From Salinarimonas sp. (GTDB taxonomy: Bacteria > Pseudomonadota > Alphaproteobacteria > Rhizobiales > Beijerinckiaceae), in the NCBI GenBank assembly GCA_020832565.1, contig JAFIEI010000009.1, positions 15,669 through 79,668 on the forward strand: 64,000 bases of DNA, written 5' to 3'. A program made the translations under genes and the position numbers. The notes under the pieces were generated by a model. That model was not told where the DNA came from. It made no database searches and saw nothing but the letters and a program-made list of their open reading frames with translations. How positions within the stretch are numbered: the stretch's first letter is position 1; each line of letters starts with the position of its first letter. Shown piece after piece: positions 8,510 through 17,816 of the stretch.

Positions 8510-9748
8510 ATGAAGGGGATCGAGCAGCCGGAACGCGACAATCCTCCCGGCCATGCGCACAGCCCGATGACCTTTCGCGAGTTCGTCGCCATGGTCGCCG
8601 GGCTGATGGCACTGAATGCGCTGGCCATCGACGTGATGCTTCCCGCCCTGCCCGATATCGGCGCAGCACTCGATGTGATGCGCGACAACGACCGGCAGAT
8701 GGTGCTGTCCTCCTATCTCATAGGATTCGGGATCGGGCAGGTCGTGGTCGGATCGGTTTCGGATCGCTTCGGACGGCGCGCCGTCCTCATCGGCGGCCTC
8801 GCCTGCTACGTGATCACGGCAATCCTGTGCGCGGCGGCGCCGACATTCGCCGCATTGCTGGCGGCCCGCTTCGTGCAGGGCCTCGCCTCCGCCGCGCCGC
8901 GGGTGATCACGACGGCGATCGTGCGCGACTGCTATGAAGGGCGGCGGATGGCGAGCGTGATGTCGCTGGCCATGACGATCTTCATGGCCGTGCCCGTCCT
9001 GGCGCCATCGCTCGGCCAGGTGATCATCCTGGTGGCGCCCTGGCAGGCGATCTTCCTGTTGCTTGCCGTCTATGGCTCGGGGATGGCTCTCTGGGTGGGG
9101 ATGCGCCTGCCCGAGACACTTGCCCCCGAGGCGAGGCAGAGCTTTTCTGCGCGCCGCATCGCATCCGCCTTCGCCACCGTGTTCCGCAACCGCCAGACCA
9201 TGGGCTACGCGCTTGCGGCCGGAATGATGTTCGGCGCCATATTCGGCTTCCTGATGTCGGCGCAGCAGATCTTCACCGAGATTTTCGGGCTCGGCGCCTA
9301 TTTCCCGCTGGCCTTTGCCGCAATCGCCCTGGCGATGTCGCTGTCCTCCTTCATCAATTCCCGGCTGGTGGGACGCCTGGGAACGCGGCTGCTCTCGCAT
9401 GGGGCCGTGGTCGTGTTCACCACCTTGTCGGTGATCATGGCGCTGCTGGCGCATCTCGACTTTCTCGGCTTCGTGCCCTTCATGGCATTGCTCGCCGGGA
9501 TGATGTTTCTCGTGGGGATGATATTCGGGAACTTCGCCGCGCTCGCAATGGAGCCGCAGGGAAAGCTTGCGGGCACCGCGTCCTCGCTTTTCGGTTCGAC
9601 CACCACGATCCTCGCCGCAATTATCGGATACGGCGTCGGGCAGGCCTATGACGGAACGCTCGTCCCCCTCGCGAACGGCTATCTCGTCTTCGGCATTGCG
9701 AGCCTCGTGATCATCGGATTCACGGAGAAATGGAGGCTGTTTCGATGA
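8510..9748 (+). CDS. MFS transporter, Bcr/CflA drug-resistance subfamily
   Basis: 12-TM-like hydrophobic profile. N-terminal FVAMVAGLMALNALAIDVMLPALPDIGAAL and the motif GSVSDRFGRR are typical of Bcr/CflA. Confidence 0.85.
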   Translation: MKGIEQPERDNPPGHAHSPMTFREFVAMVAGLMALNALAIDVMLPALPDIGAALDVMRDNDRQMVLSSYLIGFGIGQVVVGSVSDRFGRRAVLIGGLACYVITAILCAAAPTFAALLAARFVQGLASAAPRVITTAIVRDCYEGRRMASVMSLAMTIFMAVPVLAPSLGQVIILVAPWQAIFLLLAVYGSGMALWVGMRLPETLAPEARQSFSARRIASAFATVFRNRQTMGYALAAGMMFGAIFGFLMSAQQIFTEIFGLGAYFPLAFAAIALAMSLSSFINSRLVGRLGTRLLSHGAVVVFTTLSVIMALLAHLDFLGFVPFMALLAGMMFLVGMIFGNFAALAMEPQGKLAGTASSLFGSTTTILAAIIGYGVGQAYDGTLVPLANGYLVFGIASLVIIGFTEKWRLFR

Positions 9749-11094
9749 TGGGCGACTCCGACGCGACCCGCCATGCCGGCCGCGAACCCGGCAGCGACGC
9801 GGCAGCAGACGCGCAGCCCGCATTGCGCGAGGCGCCGGGCGCGCGAATCGCGGTGTTCTCCTGGTACGGCATCGGCGCGGCGCTGGTCGCCGTCGCGGCG
9901 GGCGCCTGGTTCGGAATGACCGCGCCGGTGCTGCTCGGCGCGCTGGTTGCGGGGACGGGGCTGGTTGCGCGCGGCTGGGCCGCGATCTGCCTTGCGGGCG
10001 TCGTGACCGAGCGCGCGGTGAGCGGAGCGCGGGCATTTCCCGGCGAGGCGCTCGAGGTGACCATCACGCTCGATAACGGAAAGCCATTGCCCCTGAGCTG
10101 GATCCGGGCCCGCCAGGAGATCCCTGCGGGGCTGCGCGCCCTGCCTGACGAAACCCTGCCCGATGCCACTTTTGCCGGGGAGGATATTGCGATCGAAACC
10201 ACCGCGGAAGGCTCGGCACTCGTGGTGGAGACGGCGCTCGGCCCCTACCGGCGCGCGACGCTGACCCGTCAATTCCTTTGCGAGCGGCGCGGCTACTACG
10301 TGCTGCCGCCGCTCGGCGTCGAGAGCGCGGATGTCTTCGGCCTGTTCCTGCGCAACCGCACCGAAAAGCACGAGGGCGCGGTCATCGTCTATCCGCGCCT
10401 GCATCCGGTCGTCGATTTCGGGCTCCCGGCACGGCACCCGCTCGGTCCGAACCGGGATCCGAGGCGGTTGTTCGAGGATCCGGGGCGTCCTGCGGGCGTG
10501 CGCGGCTATGACGGCAATACGCCCTTCAAGGCCATCGCGTGGAAAGCCACCGCGCGGACCGGCACGTTGCAGGCCAAGATCTACGAGCCGACGGTCACGC
10601 TGGAAGTATCGATCTGCCTCGCGGTCGACGGGTTCGAAGCCGGCGATGCATTCGAGACCGCCGTCTCGCTCGCGGCATCGCTGGCCCATGCCGAACTGGA
10701 GCAGCGGCGCGCCGTGGGGCTCTTCGCCAATGGACGGCAGGCGCCGGGGCTCGGGTCCGTGGAGATGCCCGCCGGGCGCCAGCCGGGGCGTGAAATGGCT
10801 GCGCTCGAGGGCCTCGCCCGGCTGCAGCCGGAGCCGGTGCTTCCTTTCCCCGATTTCCTGAACACGGTGCTTGCCCGGGCAGGAATGGGTGCGACGCTGG
10901 TGGTGATCGCAGCCCTGGCCGATCCGGCACTCGTCGCCCGGCTCGCCGAGCTGTCACGGCGCGGCAGGCCCGTGGTCCTGCTCCTGTCCGGCGAGGGCGA
11001 GACGCCTAACCTGCCCTTCCCCTGCCGCCGCTTCACTGCGGCCACAAACGGCATGGCCACAAACGGTATGGGCGTCACGGGTGTGGCGGCATGA
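9745..11094 (+). CDS. DUF58 domain-containing protein (MoxR-associated)
   Basis: Two N-terminal TM segments and the DUF58 core VRGYDGNTPFKAIAWKATARTGTLQAKIYEP. The ATG at 9745 overlaps the MFS stop (ATGA). An alternative in-frame ATG is at 9730. Confidence 0.8.
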   Translation: MMGDSDATRHAGREPGSDAAADAQPALREAPGARIAVFSWYGIGAALVAVAAGAWFGMTAPVLLGALVAGTGLVARGWAAICLAGVVTERAVSGARAFPGEALEVTITLDNGKPLPLSWIRARQEIPAGLRALPDETLPDATFAGEDIAIETTAEGSALVVETALGPYRRATLTRQFLCERRGYYVLPPLGVESADVFGLFLRNRTEKHEGAVIVYPRLHPVVDFGLPARHPLGPNRDPRRLFEDPGRPAGVRGYDGNTPFKAIAWKATARTGTLQAKIYEPTVTLEVSICLAVDGFEAGDAFETAVSLAASLAHAELEQRRAVGLFANGRQAPGLGSVEMPAGRQPGREMAALEGLARLQPEPVLPFPDFLNTVLARAGMGATLVVIAALADPALVARLAELSRRGRPVVLLLSGEGETPNLPFPCRRFTAATNGMATNGMGVTGVAA

Positions 11095-12419
11095 TCGGTC
11101 TCGTCATGTTCCTGGTCATGGAGGGGTTCTGGCTCGGAGCCATCGCCGTTCTGGCCGACGGGCTGCTCGCGGGTGTGGCACGCCCCGAGGCCGCACTCGT
11201 CGTGCTCGCCTATCCGGTGGCTCTGGTGCTGGCGCGCCCGCTTTCGCGAATCCGGCGGGTGATCTGGTGGCTCGCGGCGCAGGCGCTGGCTTGGAGCGTT
11301 ACCGCCTGGCTCCTCGTCGCATTTCTCTTGCCAGAACTCACGCTGCCCGGTGTGGGCCCGCAGGCCCTTTGGCAATGGCTCGGCAGCGAATTTGATGCGC
11401 AGCGCGCGCTGGTCCTCTCGTTGGTGGCGCTGTTTGCCTGGATACGCGGCGTGATGCTCGCGGGACGGCGCGTCGACGCCGAAGCCGTGGCACTCGGTTT
11501 CCAGATCGGCCTCGTGGCCCTGATCGTCGTACAGGGCTGGGCCTGGGCGGTGGAGCTCGCGCTTCCCGGTGCGATCGCGGCGAATATCGGCTTCGTCTGC
11601 GCGGCGCTTCTCGCGCTCTGGCATGTCCGGGCGGCACGGCGCAGCGGGGTCGCATCGCCGGTCTTCGCGCTCCTGCTGGTGCTCGCGCTCGCGGGCCTCG
11701 TCACCCTCGCGATGCATCCTGCGATCCTCGCCGGCGCGCTCGGCCTCCTGCAGGCAGCCTGGCAGATCCTGCGCGATGCGATCGCGGCCTTGTTTTCCCT
11801 GTTGCCCGAGCCCGAACCCGGACGTATCGAAGCCCCCGAGCCGTCCGGACAGGCCGCACCCGGTCCACCTCCGGAGCCACAGGCCATGTTCGAGCCGATC
11901 GTCTGGCTGCGCATGCTCGTCAGCATCATCTTCATCGGCGGAATGGCGATCCTGATCGGGACGCTTCTGGTGATGAATCTGCAGGGACTGCTGGCCTGGC
12001 TGCGCCGTCGGCTGAACGAAACGCCCGGCATTGCCCATGACCGCTCGCGGCGCAGCCTGCTCGATACGCTGCGCGAGATCGGGCAGCATCTCGGCGAGGC
12101 GTTCCGTATCTGGATGCGCAAGCTGCGACGGTCATTCTCGCTCCAGCGCCCCGGCCTCGTGCTCGAACGCCGGCGCTATCGTGCCTTGCTGCAAAGGCTC
12201 GAATCCAAGGGCTGGCCACGGCTGCCGCATGAGACGCCTGCCGAATATGCGCGCCGCATGCGCAAGGTCGTCTGGCCCGGCCCGGGCGGTGATATCGCCA
12301 CGATGTCGCAGACCTATTCCGCAAGCCGCTACGGCGGCGTAAGGCCCTCCGAGTCCCGCTTCGCGCAGCTCTGGAAGAAAACCCGCCGCTCGCTTCGAAA
12401 GGTACCGTTGAAACAATGA
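11091..12419 (+). CDS. Polytopic membrane protein with a C-terminal DUF4129-like domain (TgpA-like, no transglutaminase core seen)
   Basis: ATGA overlap with the DUF58 stop. Multiple TM helices, a proline-rich linker (PEPEPGRIEAPEPSGQAAPGPPPEPQ), and the C-terminal HETPAEYARRM...SASRYGG pattern of DUF4129. No Cys-containing TGase motif is present. Confidence 0.7.
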   Translation: MIGLVMFLVMEGFWLGAIAVLADGLLAGVARPEAALVVLAYPVALVLARPLSRIRRVIWWLAAQALAWSVTAWLLVAFLLPELTLPGVGPQALWQWLGSEFDAQRALVLSLVALFAWIRGVMLAGRRVDAEAVALGFQIGLVALIVVQGWAWAVELALPGAIAANIGFVCAALLALWHVRAARRSGVASPVFALLLVLALAGLVTLAMHPAILAGALGLLQAAWQILRDAIAALFSLLPEPEPGRIEAPEPSGQAAPGPPPEPQAMFEPIVWLRMLVSIIFIGGMAILIGTLLVMNLQGLLAWLRRRLNETPGIAHDRSRRSLLDTLREIGQHLGEAFRIWMRKLRRSFSLQRPGLVLERRRYRALLQRLESKGWPRLPHETPAEYARRMRKVVWPGPGGDIATMSQTYSASRYGGVRPSESRFAQLWKKTRRSLRKVPLKQ

Positions 12420-13417
12420 CCCATTCCCCCGCCACACAGCACGCCGGCCCCGCAGATCCGCCCGGCGGAGAAGAGGCTGCGCGCGAGGTCCGTCCCGCAG
12501 CTTTACGCCTCATCGAAACGGTCGAGCAGGTCATTATCGGGCGCCGCGATACGATCACGCTCGTGGTGGTGGCCCTGCTCAGCGAAGGGCATGTCGCGCT
12601 GGAGGACATTCCCGGCATGGGCAAGACACTGCTGGCGAAGGCGGTGGCGCGTTGCATAGACGGGAGTTTCCGGCGCATCCAGTTCACGCCGGACCTGCTG
12701 CCCTCGGACGTGACCGGCATCAATCTCTATGACCCGCGCGATGCGAGCTTCCGATTCCGACCGGGGCCGGTTCTCGCGAACGTGGTTCTGGCCGACGAGA
12801 TCAACCGCGCCACGCCGCGCACCCAGTCCTGCCTGCTGGAGGCGATGGAGGAGCGTCAGGTCACGGTCGATGACGAAACCCACCCGCTGCCGCGCCCGTT
12901 CATCGTGCTCGCGACGCAGAATCCCGCCGAGCAGGAAGGCACCTTCCCGCTGCCCGAAGCGCAGCTCGACCGCTTCCTGATGACGCTGGGCCACGGCTAT
13001 CCCGACGAGGAGGAGGAAACCGAGATCGTGCTGCGCTTCGAGCGGGCGAACCCGCTGGACGCGATCACCCCGGTCATAACGGGCGCCGAACTCATGCGGC
13101 TGCGCGCGCTGTGCCGGCATGTTCGGGTTGAAGAAACCGTGCTGCGCTACATCATCCGCGTCGTGCGCGCCACGCGCGACTGGCCGGGCATCCGCCTCGG
13201 TGCGAGTCCGCGTGCAACCCAGCGCCTGCACACGGCCTGCCAGGCACTCGCGGCGGTGCGCGGGCGCGGCTACGTCACGCCCGACGACGTGAAGACGCTC
13301 GCAATTCCTGTGCTCGCCCACCGCATCGCGCCGGGCGCCGATGCGAGTCTCAAGGGTATCGGGCGATCGGAGCTGGTGCGCGCGGCAATGGAGAGCGTGC
13401 CGGTCCCGACAGAGTAG
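12416..13417 (+). CDS. MoxR-family AAA+ ATPase
   Basis: Walker A GMGKT, Walker B LADEINRA, and ATQNPAEQEGTFPLPEAQLDRF typical of MoxR. ATGA overlap with the upstream gene. Confidence 0.9.
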   Translation: MTHSPATQHAGPADPPGGEEAAREVRPAALRLIETVEQVIIGRRDTITLVVVALLSEGHVALEDIPGMGKTLLAKAVARCIDGSFRRIQFTPDLLPSDVTGINLYDPRDASFRFRPGPVLANVVLADEINRATPRTQSCLLEAMEERQVTVDDETHPLPRPFIVLATQNPAEQEGTFPLPEAQLDRFLMTLGHGYPDEEEETEIVLRFERANPLDAITPVITGAELMRLRALCRHVRVEETVLRYIIRVVRATRDWPGIRLGASPRATQRLHTACQALAAVRGRGYVTPDDVKTLAIPVLAHRIAPGADASLKGIGRSELVRAAMESVPVPTE

Positions 13418-13441
13418 CCGGGGCTGCAGGTGCGATCGCAT

Positions 13442-13957
13442 TCACCCGCCCCGCTCGGATCCCCCGATTTCAGAAGCCTTGCCCCCGGATGCGTCGCCTT
13501 GCTCGCTCTCGCCCATGGCCTGCGCCGCAGCGTCGAGAGCGGCATGAAGGGCCTGCGCGTTCTCTGCCCCGAGTGACGCGACGATTTTGCCGTGAGCCTG
13601 TTTCCACATCGGTAGCGCATCCGTCAGCCGCGCCTTGCCTGCATCCGTCAGCCGCGCGACCCGCACCCGCCGATCTTTATCGCTTCTGCCGATCGAAATG
13701 AGACCCGCCTTCTCCAGCGCCCGGAGATTGCGGGTCAGGGTGGAGATTTCCAGCGCGAGAATATCGGACAACCGCCCCATCGATTGCGCCCCGTCCGGCC
13801 CGAGCGCGACGGCATTCATCAGCGTGACCTGTGTGGCCTGAAGGCCCGTCGGGCGCAGGGCCGCGTCATATGCCCGTGTGATTGCACGCGCGGTGCGTCG
13901 CGAACGAAAGCACAGACAATCATTGGCCATGATTCCGGCGGCGGTGAGGTGATCCAT
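13442..13957 (-). CDS. MarR-family transcriptional regulator
   Basis: Winged-helix pattern LQATQVTLMNAVAL...MGRLSDILALEISTLTRNLRALEKAGLISIGRSDKDRRVRVARLTDAG. The ATG at 13957 is used; the longer track ORF is an upstream read-through. Confidence 0.85.
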   Translation of the reverse strand: MDHLTAAGIMANDCLCFRSRRTARAITRAYDAALRPTGLQATQVTLMNAVALGPDGAQSMGRLSDILALEISTLTRNLRALEKAGLISIGRSDKDRRVRVARLTDAGKARLTDALPMWKQAHGKIVASLGAENAQALHAALDAAAQAMGESEQGDASGGKASEIGGSERGG

Positions 13958-14008
13958 GCTCAACCCGAGATACCTCCTGTGAGATTCTTGCACCATAAAG
14001 CCTTGCAA

Positions 14009-14026
14009 AACTTGCATATGCAAGTT
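14009..14026. promoter_or_regulatory. Perfect 18-bp palindrome AACTTGCATATGCAAGTT (candidate MarR operator)
   Basis: Self-complementary as read. Lies in the 115-bp divergent spacer between the marR-like gene and the serine hydrolase gene. An extra CTTGCA half-site is at 14002-14007. Confidence 0.6.
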
Positions 14027-14072
14027 ATTTCTGCTGCCCAACACTGTAATGCGGTTTCGCAGGGAGGAAAGG

Positions 14073-15365
14073 ATGCACGCAGCCAATTCCCGATCAGGCA
14101 TGCGAGCGCCGTCCAGACGTGATGCACTGGCGATAGGCGGGGCCGCGATGCTACCCTTCGCCTTCGGCATGACGGGCCCCTTGTCTTCGGCTCCGGGCAA
14201 AGCCCTTGCCGATCGGCTCGAACGTGCCGTTGCGGAAGAAGATGTGCCCGGGCTCGTTGCGCTGGTGGCGCGCGCAGGCGAGACCTGGACGCATGTCGCA
14301 GGATTTCGTGACCTCGAAAGCCGGGCGCCGATGACCGCTGACACGGTTTTCGCTGTCGCATCGATCGGAAAGCCCATCACCGCAATCGCGACCTTGATGC
14401 TGGTCGAGGACGGTATCCTCGGGCTCGACGACCCGGTCGATCCCTGGCTCCCGGAACTCGCCGATCGCCGGGTTCTGCGCAGCCTCGACGCCGATTTCTC
14501 CGACACGGTACCCGCCGATCGCGCGATCACCGTGCGCGACCTTCTGACCATGCGCATGGGCCTGGGCCTCGTTCTCGCAAATCCGGACACGACACCGATC
14601 GCGGCGCGCATGCAGGAAATGGGCTTGGCCCCCGGGCCTAAGCTCTTCGACCGCGACGCCGATACCTACATGGCGCGGCTGGGATCGCTGCCGCTCGTCC
14701 ATCAACCGGGTGAACGCTGGCTCTATCATACCGGGCTGGACGTGGCCGGGGTGCTCGTCGCGCGGGCCAGCGGCATGACGCTGGGCGCATTCAAACGCGA
14801 GCGGATTTTCGGTCCGCTCGGCATGGATGATACCGGCTTTTCCGCCCCTGCCGATCGTCTTGCCACGGCATATTGGCGCAACCCTGAAACGGGAGCGCTG
14901 GAGATCTGGAATGCCGCATCGGGCGCCGGCTTTGCGCATGCCCCGGCATTCGAGGCGGGCGGCTCGGGGCATGTCTCGACCGTCGGTGACTTCCACGCTT
15001 TCGGGTGCTTCCTGCTTGATGGCGGCACTGTCCGCGAGGCGCCGGGCAGCCGGCATCTGCTCTCGCAGGAGCTGCTATCGCAGATGCTGACCGACCAGAT
15101 CACGCCGGAACAGAAGGCCGCCTCACCCTGGTTTCCGGAGGATTTCTGGGAGACCCATGGCTGGGGGCTCGGCATCGCCACGAGGACGGCGCCTGATGAT
15201 GCACGCGGGCGCTTCGGATGGTGGGGCGGCTTCGGCACCGCCTTCTGGTGCGACCCGGCCACGGACACGATCGCGGTGCTGTTCACCCAGCGCATGATGG
15301 CTGGCCCCGACGATACCGAGATCTTCGACGCCTTTCTGGGCGAGGCATTTGCCCCGAGGACGTAG
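14073..15365 (+). CDS. Serine hydrolase, beta-lactamase/penicillin-binding (class C-like) family, probably Tat-exported
   Basis: Twin-arginine leader SRRDALAIGGAAMLPFAFG, the SxxK motif ASIGKP, and the later YHTG motif. Confidence 0.85.
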   Translation: MHAANSRSGMRAPSRRDALAIGGAAMLPFAFGMTGPLSSAPGKALADRLERAVAEEDVPGLVALVARAGETWTHVAGFRDLESRAPMTADTVFAVASIGKPITAIATLMLVEDGILGLDDPVDPWLPELADRRVLRSLDADFSDTVPADRAITVRDLLTMRMGLGLVLANPDTTPIAARMQEMGLAPGPKLFDRDADTYMARLGSLPLVHQPGERWLYHTGLDVAGVLVARASGMTLGAFKRERIFGPLGMDDTGFSAPADRLATAYWRNPETGALEIWNAASGAGFAHAPAFEAGGSGHVSTVGDFHAFGCFLLDGGTVREAPGSRHLLSQELLSQMLTDQITPEQKAASPWFPEDFWETHGWGLGIATRTAPDDARGRFGWWGGFGTAFWCDPATDTIAVLFTQRMMAGPDDTEIFDAFLGEAFAPRT

Positions 15366-15396
15366 CGACCGGATAGCCTGTCCATAGAGTGAGATC

Positions 15397-16053
15397 ATGA
15401 GCGCACTGAAACTGATGACGTTCGATTGGGTGCCCGAGGCCCCGCGCGGTTATGTCCGCGATCTGCGAGCCCGCTGGGCGATGGAGGAGGCCGGGCTCGA
15501 TTATCGGATCGGGACGGTGCCCTTCCAGGAGCGTGGAGCAGAGCACCGCGCATACCAGCCGTTCGGGCAGGTGCCCTGGCTGATCGACGGCGATGTTTCG
15601 ATTTTCGAAAGCGGTGCGATCCTGCTCCATCTCGGTGAACGCAGCGAGGCCCTTCTGCCGCGCGACCGGAAGGGGCGAGCCGACACCCTCAGCTGGGTCA
15701 TTGCCGCGCTCAATTCCATCGAAACGGCCGTCCTTCCGGTGCTGGTCCAGGGCATTTTCGGAGGTGGCGAGCCAGGTCCCGGTCGTGAGAAGCTCGAATC
15801 CATCCAGAGGATGCGCCTCAACGATATGGAGCGCATCCTGTCGGGTCGCGAGTGGTTGGTGGAGCGTTTCTCGATCGCGGATATCGCGATGGCGGACGCG
15901 TTCCGGGTGGCGGATCGCTTCGCCGGAGGGCTCGCCGATTATCCAGCCTGCCGGGATTACGTTCGCCGCGCCACCGCCCGCCCGGCTTTCGCGAAGGCCC
16001 ATGCGCATCAGCTCGCGCATTTCGCAGCCGCTGACAGCGCTCGGGCGGGATAA
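15397..16053 (+). CDS. Glutathione S-transferase family protein
   Basis: N-terminal thioredoxin-like fold with QVPWLIDGDVSIFESGAILLHL (GST N-domain signature) and a helical C-domain. Confidence 0.85.
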   Translation: MSALKLMTFDWVPEAPRGYVRDLRARWAMEEAGLDYRIGTVPFQERGAEHRAYQPFGQVPWLIDGDVSIFESGAILLHLGERSEALLPRDRKGRADTLSWVIAALNSIETAVLPVLVQGIFGGGEPGPGREKLESIQRMRLNDMERILSGREWLVERFSIADIAMADAFRVADRFAGGLADYPACRDYVRRATARPAFAKAHAHQLAHFAAADSARAG

Positions 16054-16138
16054 GCGCAGCGACCGAGACCGCGATCAAGAACGGTTGCGATCAATTGCAT
16101 GCTTGCCGCAACAAGCGCGACATGAACGGAGGAAAACC

Positions 16139-17077
16139 ATGACCGAGAACCCCGATCCCGACCGCCCGACCGCGGGAAACATGAAGGGCGTCATCCCGTA
16201 TATCGGCTATGGCGGACGCGCCGGCGAGGCGGCGGATTTCTACGTGCGTGCCTTCGGCGCGCAGGATCTCGGCCGCATGCCCGATCCGGAGCGTCCCGCG
16301 CGTATGATGCATGCGCAGGTCGCGATCAACGATGGGAGCCTGATGCTCACCGATATGGGCTGCGAGGAGACGGTCGATCCAGGCCCGCTCGGTCGCGCCC
16401 ATATGCAGCTCGTCGTCGATGACGGGAAGGCCTGGTGGGATCGTGCGGTATCGGCGGGCTGCCGCATCGTGAAGCCCTACGAGCGCCAGTTCTGGGGTGA
16501 CGACTGGGGGCTCCTCGAAGACCCGTTCGAGATCCAGTGGGCCGTCCTTCAGCCCGGAGAGGCGGCATTGGAGCGCGCGGCACAAGCCTCGGCGCCCGTG
16601 GCAAGGGTCGCCCACGAATTGACGCTCACGCGCGAGATCGCCGCACCGCGTGGCATCGTCTGGCGCTGCTGGACCGAGCCGGATCTGATCCGGCAATGGT
16701 TCTGCCCGAAGCCGTGGTCCCTCGTCGAAGCCGATTTCGACCTGCGTGCCGGCGGTCGGATGAACACCCGCATGGCGGGTCCGGACGGCGAGAACATCGA
16801 GGGCCGGGGCATCTGGCTCGAAGTCGCCCCGATGCGCCGCCTCGTCTTCACCGATGCCTTCACGGAGGGCTGCGTGCCGACGCCGGAACCCTTCATGACC
16901 GGGGTCGTGGCGCTCTCCGACATGCCGGATGGCGGGACGTGCCTCATCTGGAGCGCCCGTCATGCCGGCGCCGAGGCAATGGAGCGCCATCGCAGCATGG
17001 GTTGGGAGCAGGGCTGGAACGCTGCCGTCGACCAACTCGACGAAACGGCGCGGTCGCTCGTTGCGAAAACGGGCTGA
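16139..17077 (+). CDS. Fusion protein: VOC/glyoxalase (PhnB-like) domain + SRPBCC (AHSA1-like) domain
   Basis: N-terminal half: KGVIPYIGYGGRAGEAADFYVRAFGA...FWGDDWGLLEDPFEIQWAV. C-terminal half: LTREIAAPRGIVWRCWTEPDLIRQWFCPKPW...GWEQGWNAAVDQL. The ATG at 16139 follows GGAGGAAAA. Confidence 0.8.
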   Translation: MTENPDPDRPTAGNMKGVIPYIGYGGRAGEAADFYVRAFGAQDLGRMPDPERPARMMHAQVAINDGSLMLTDMGCEETVDPGPLGRAHMQLVVDDGKAWWDRAVSAGCRIVKPYERQFWGDDWGLLEDPFEIQWAVLQPGEAALERAAQASAPVARVAHELTLTREIAAPRGIVWRCWTEPDLIRQWFCPKPWSLVEADFDLRAGGRMNTRMAGPDGENIEGRGIWLEVAPMRRLVFTDAFTEGCVPTPEPFMTGVVALSDMPDGGTCLIWSARHAGAEAMERHRSMGWEQGWNAAVDQLDETARSLVAKTG

Positions 17078-17093
17078 AACGGGAGGAAACGGG

Positions 17094-17816
17094 ATGACAT
17101 ATGTTCAAGGTTTCGTCTGCGCCGTGCCGACACAGGCCCGGGAGGCGTTTCGCGCGCATGCGCAGTCTGCGGCAGAGGCGTTTCTGGGGCATGGCGCGCA
17201 ATCGGTGTGCGAATGCTGGGGCGACGACGTCCCCGATGGCAAGGTGACGTCGTTTCCGATGGCGGTGAAGGCCCGCCCGGAGGAGACGATCGTCTTCTCC
17301 TGGATGCTGTGGCCGTCGAAGCAGGCACATGACACGGCGATGCCGAAGGCCTTTTCGGATCCGCGCCTCAACCCCGCGACCAATCCGATGCCGTTCGATG
17401 GCAAGCGCCTGATCTATGGCGGATTTACGCCGGTCTTCGAATCGGGGAGCGCGCGGCGCGGGGGCTATGTGGACGGCTTCGTCATGGCGGTGCCCCGCGC
17501 CGGGCGCGACGTGTTCCAGGATTTCTGCGCCCGATACGATCCGATCTTCGAGGAACACGGCGCGAACTGGATCATGGAGGCCTGGGAGGAGGATGTGCCG
17601 GCCGGCGAGGTCACGGATTTTCGCCGGGCGGTGCAGGCCGGCGTGGATGAGGCCGTCGCATTCGCCTTCGTGCAATGGCCCGACAAGGCGACGCGCGACG
17701 ACGGCATGCGCCGGGTGATGGAAGATCCCCGCTTTGCCGGACTGACGATGCCGTTTGACGGCAAGCGCATGATCTATGGCGGCTTCAGCCCGATCGTGGA
17801 GGCTTCGAATGCGTGA
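17094..17816 (+). CDS. Tandem-duplicated DUF1428 protein
   Basis: Two copies of the pattern Y(V)xGF(V)xAVP...CWGDDVP.GKVT.F / AWEEDVPAGEVTDFRRAV...PFDGKR(L/M)IYGGF, joined in a single 240-aa ORF. Confidence 0.8.
   Translation: MTYVQGFVCAVPTQAREAFRAHAQSAAEAFLGHGAQSVCECWGDDVPDGKVTSFPMAVKARPEETIVFSWMLWPSKQAHDTAMPKAFSDPRLNPATNPMPFDGKRLIYGGFTPVFESGSARRGGYVDGFVMAVPRAGRDVFQDFCARYDPIFEEHGANWIMEAWEEDVPAGEVTDFRRAVQAGVDEAVAFAFVQWPDKATRDDGMRRVMEDPRFAGLTMPFDGKRMIYGGFSPIVEASNA

Noticed and set aside
9590-9610. GGTTCGA-type T-arm-like strings (also near 10632, 19040 and 41600) checked as possible tRNA genes.
   Set aside because: All lie inside well-supported CDSs and lack acceptor-stem and anticodon-arm complementarity. 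No tRNA, rRNA, tmRNA, RNase P or SRP RNA signature was seen.
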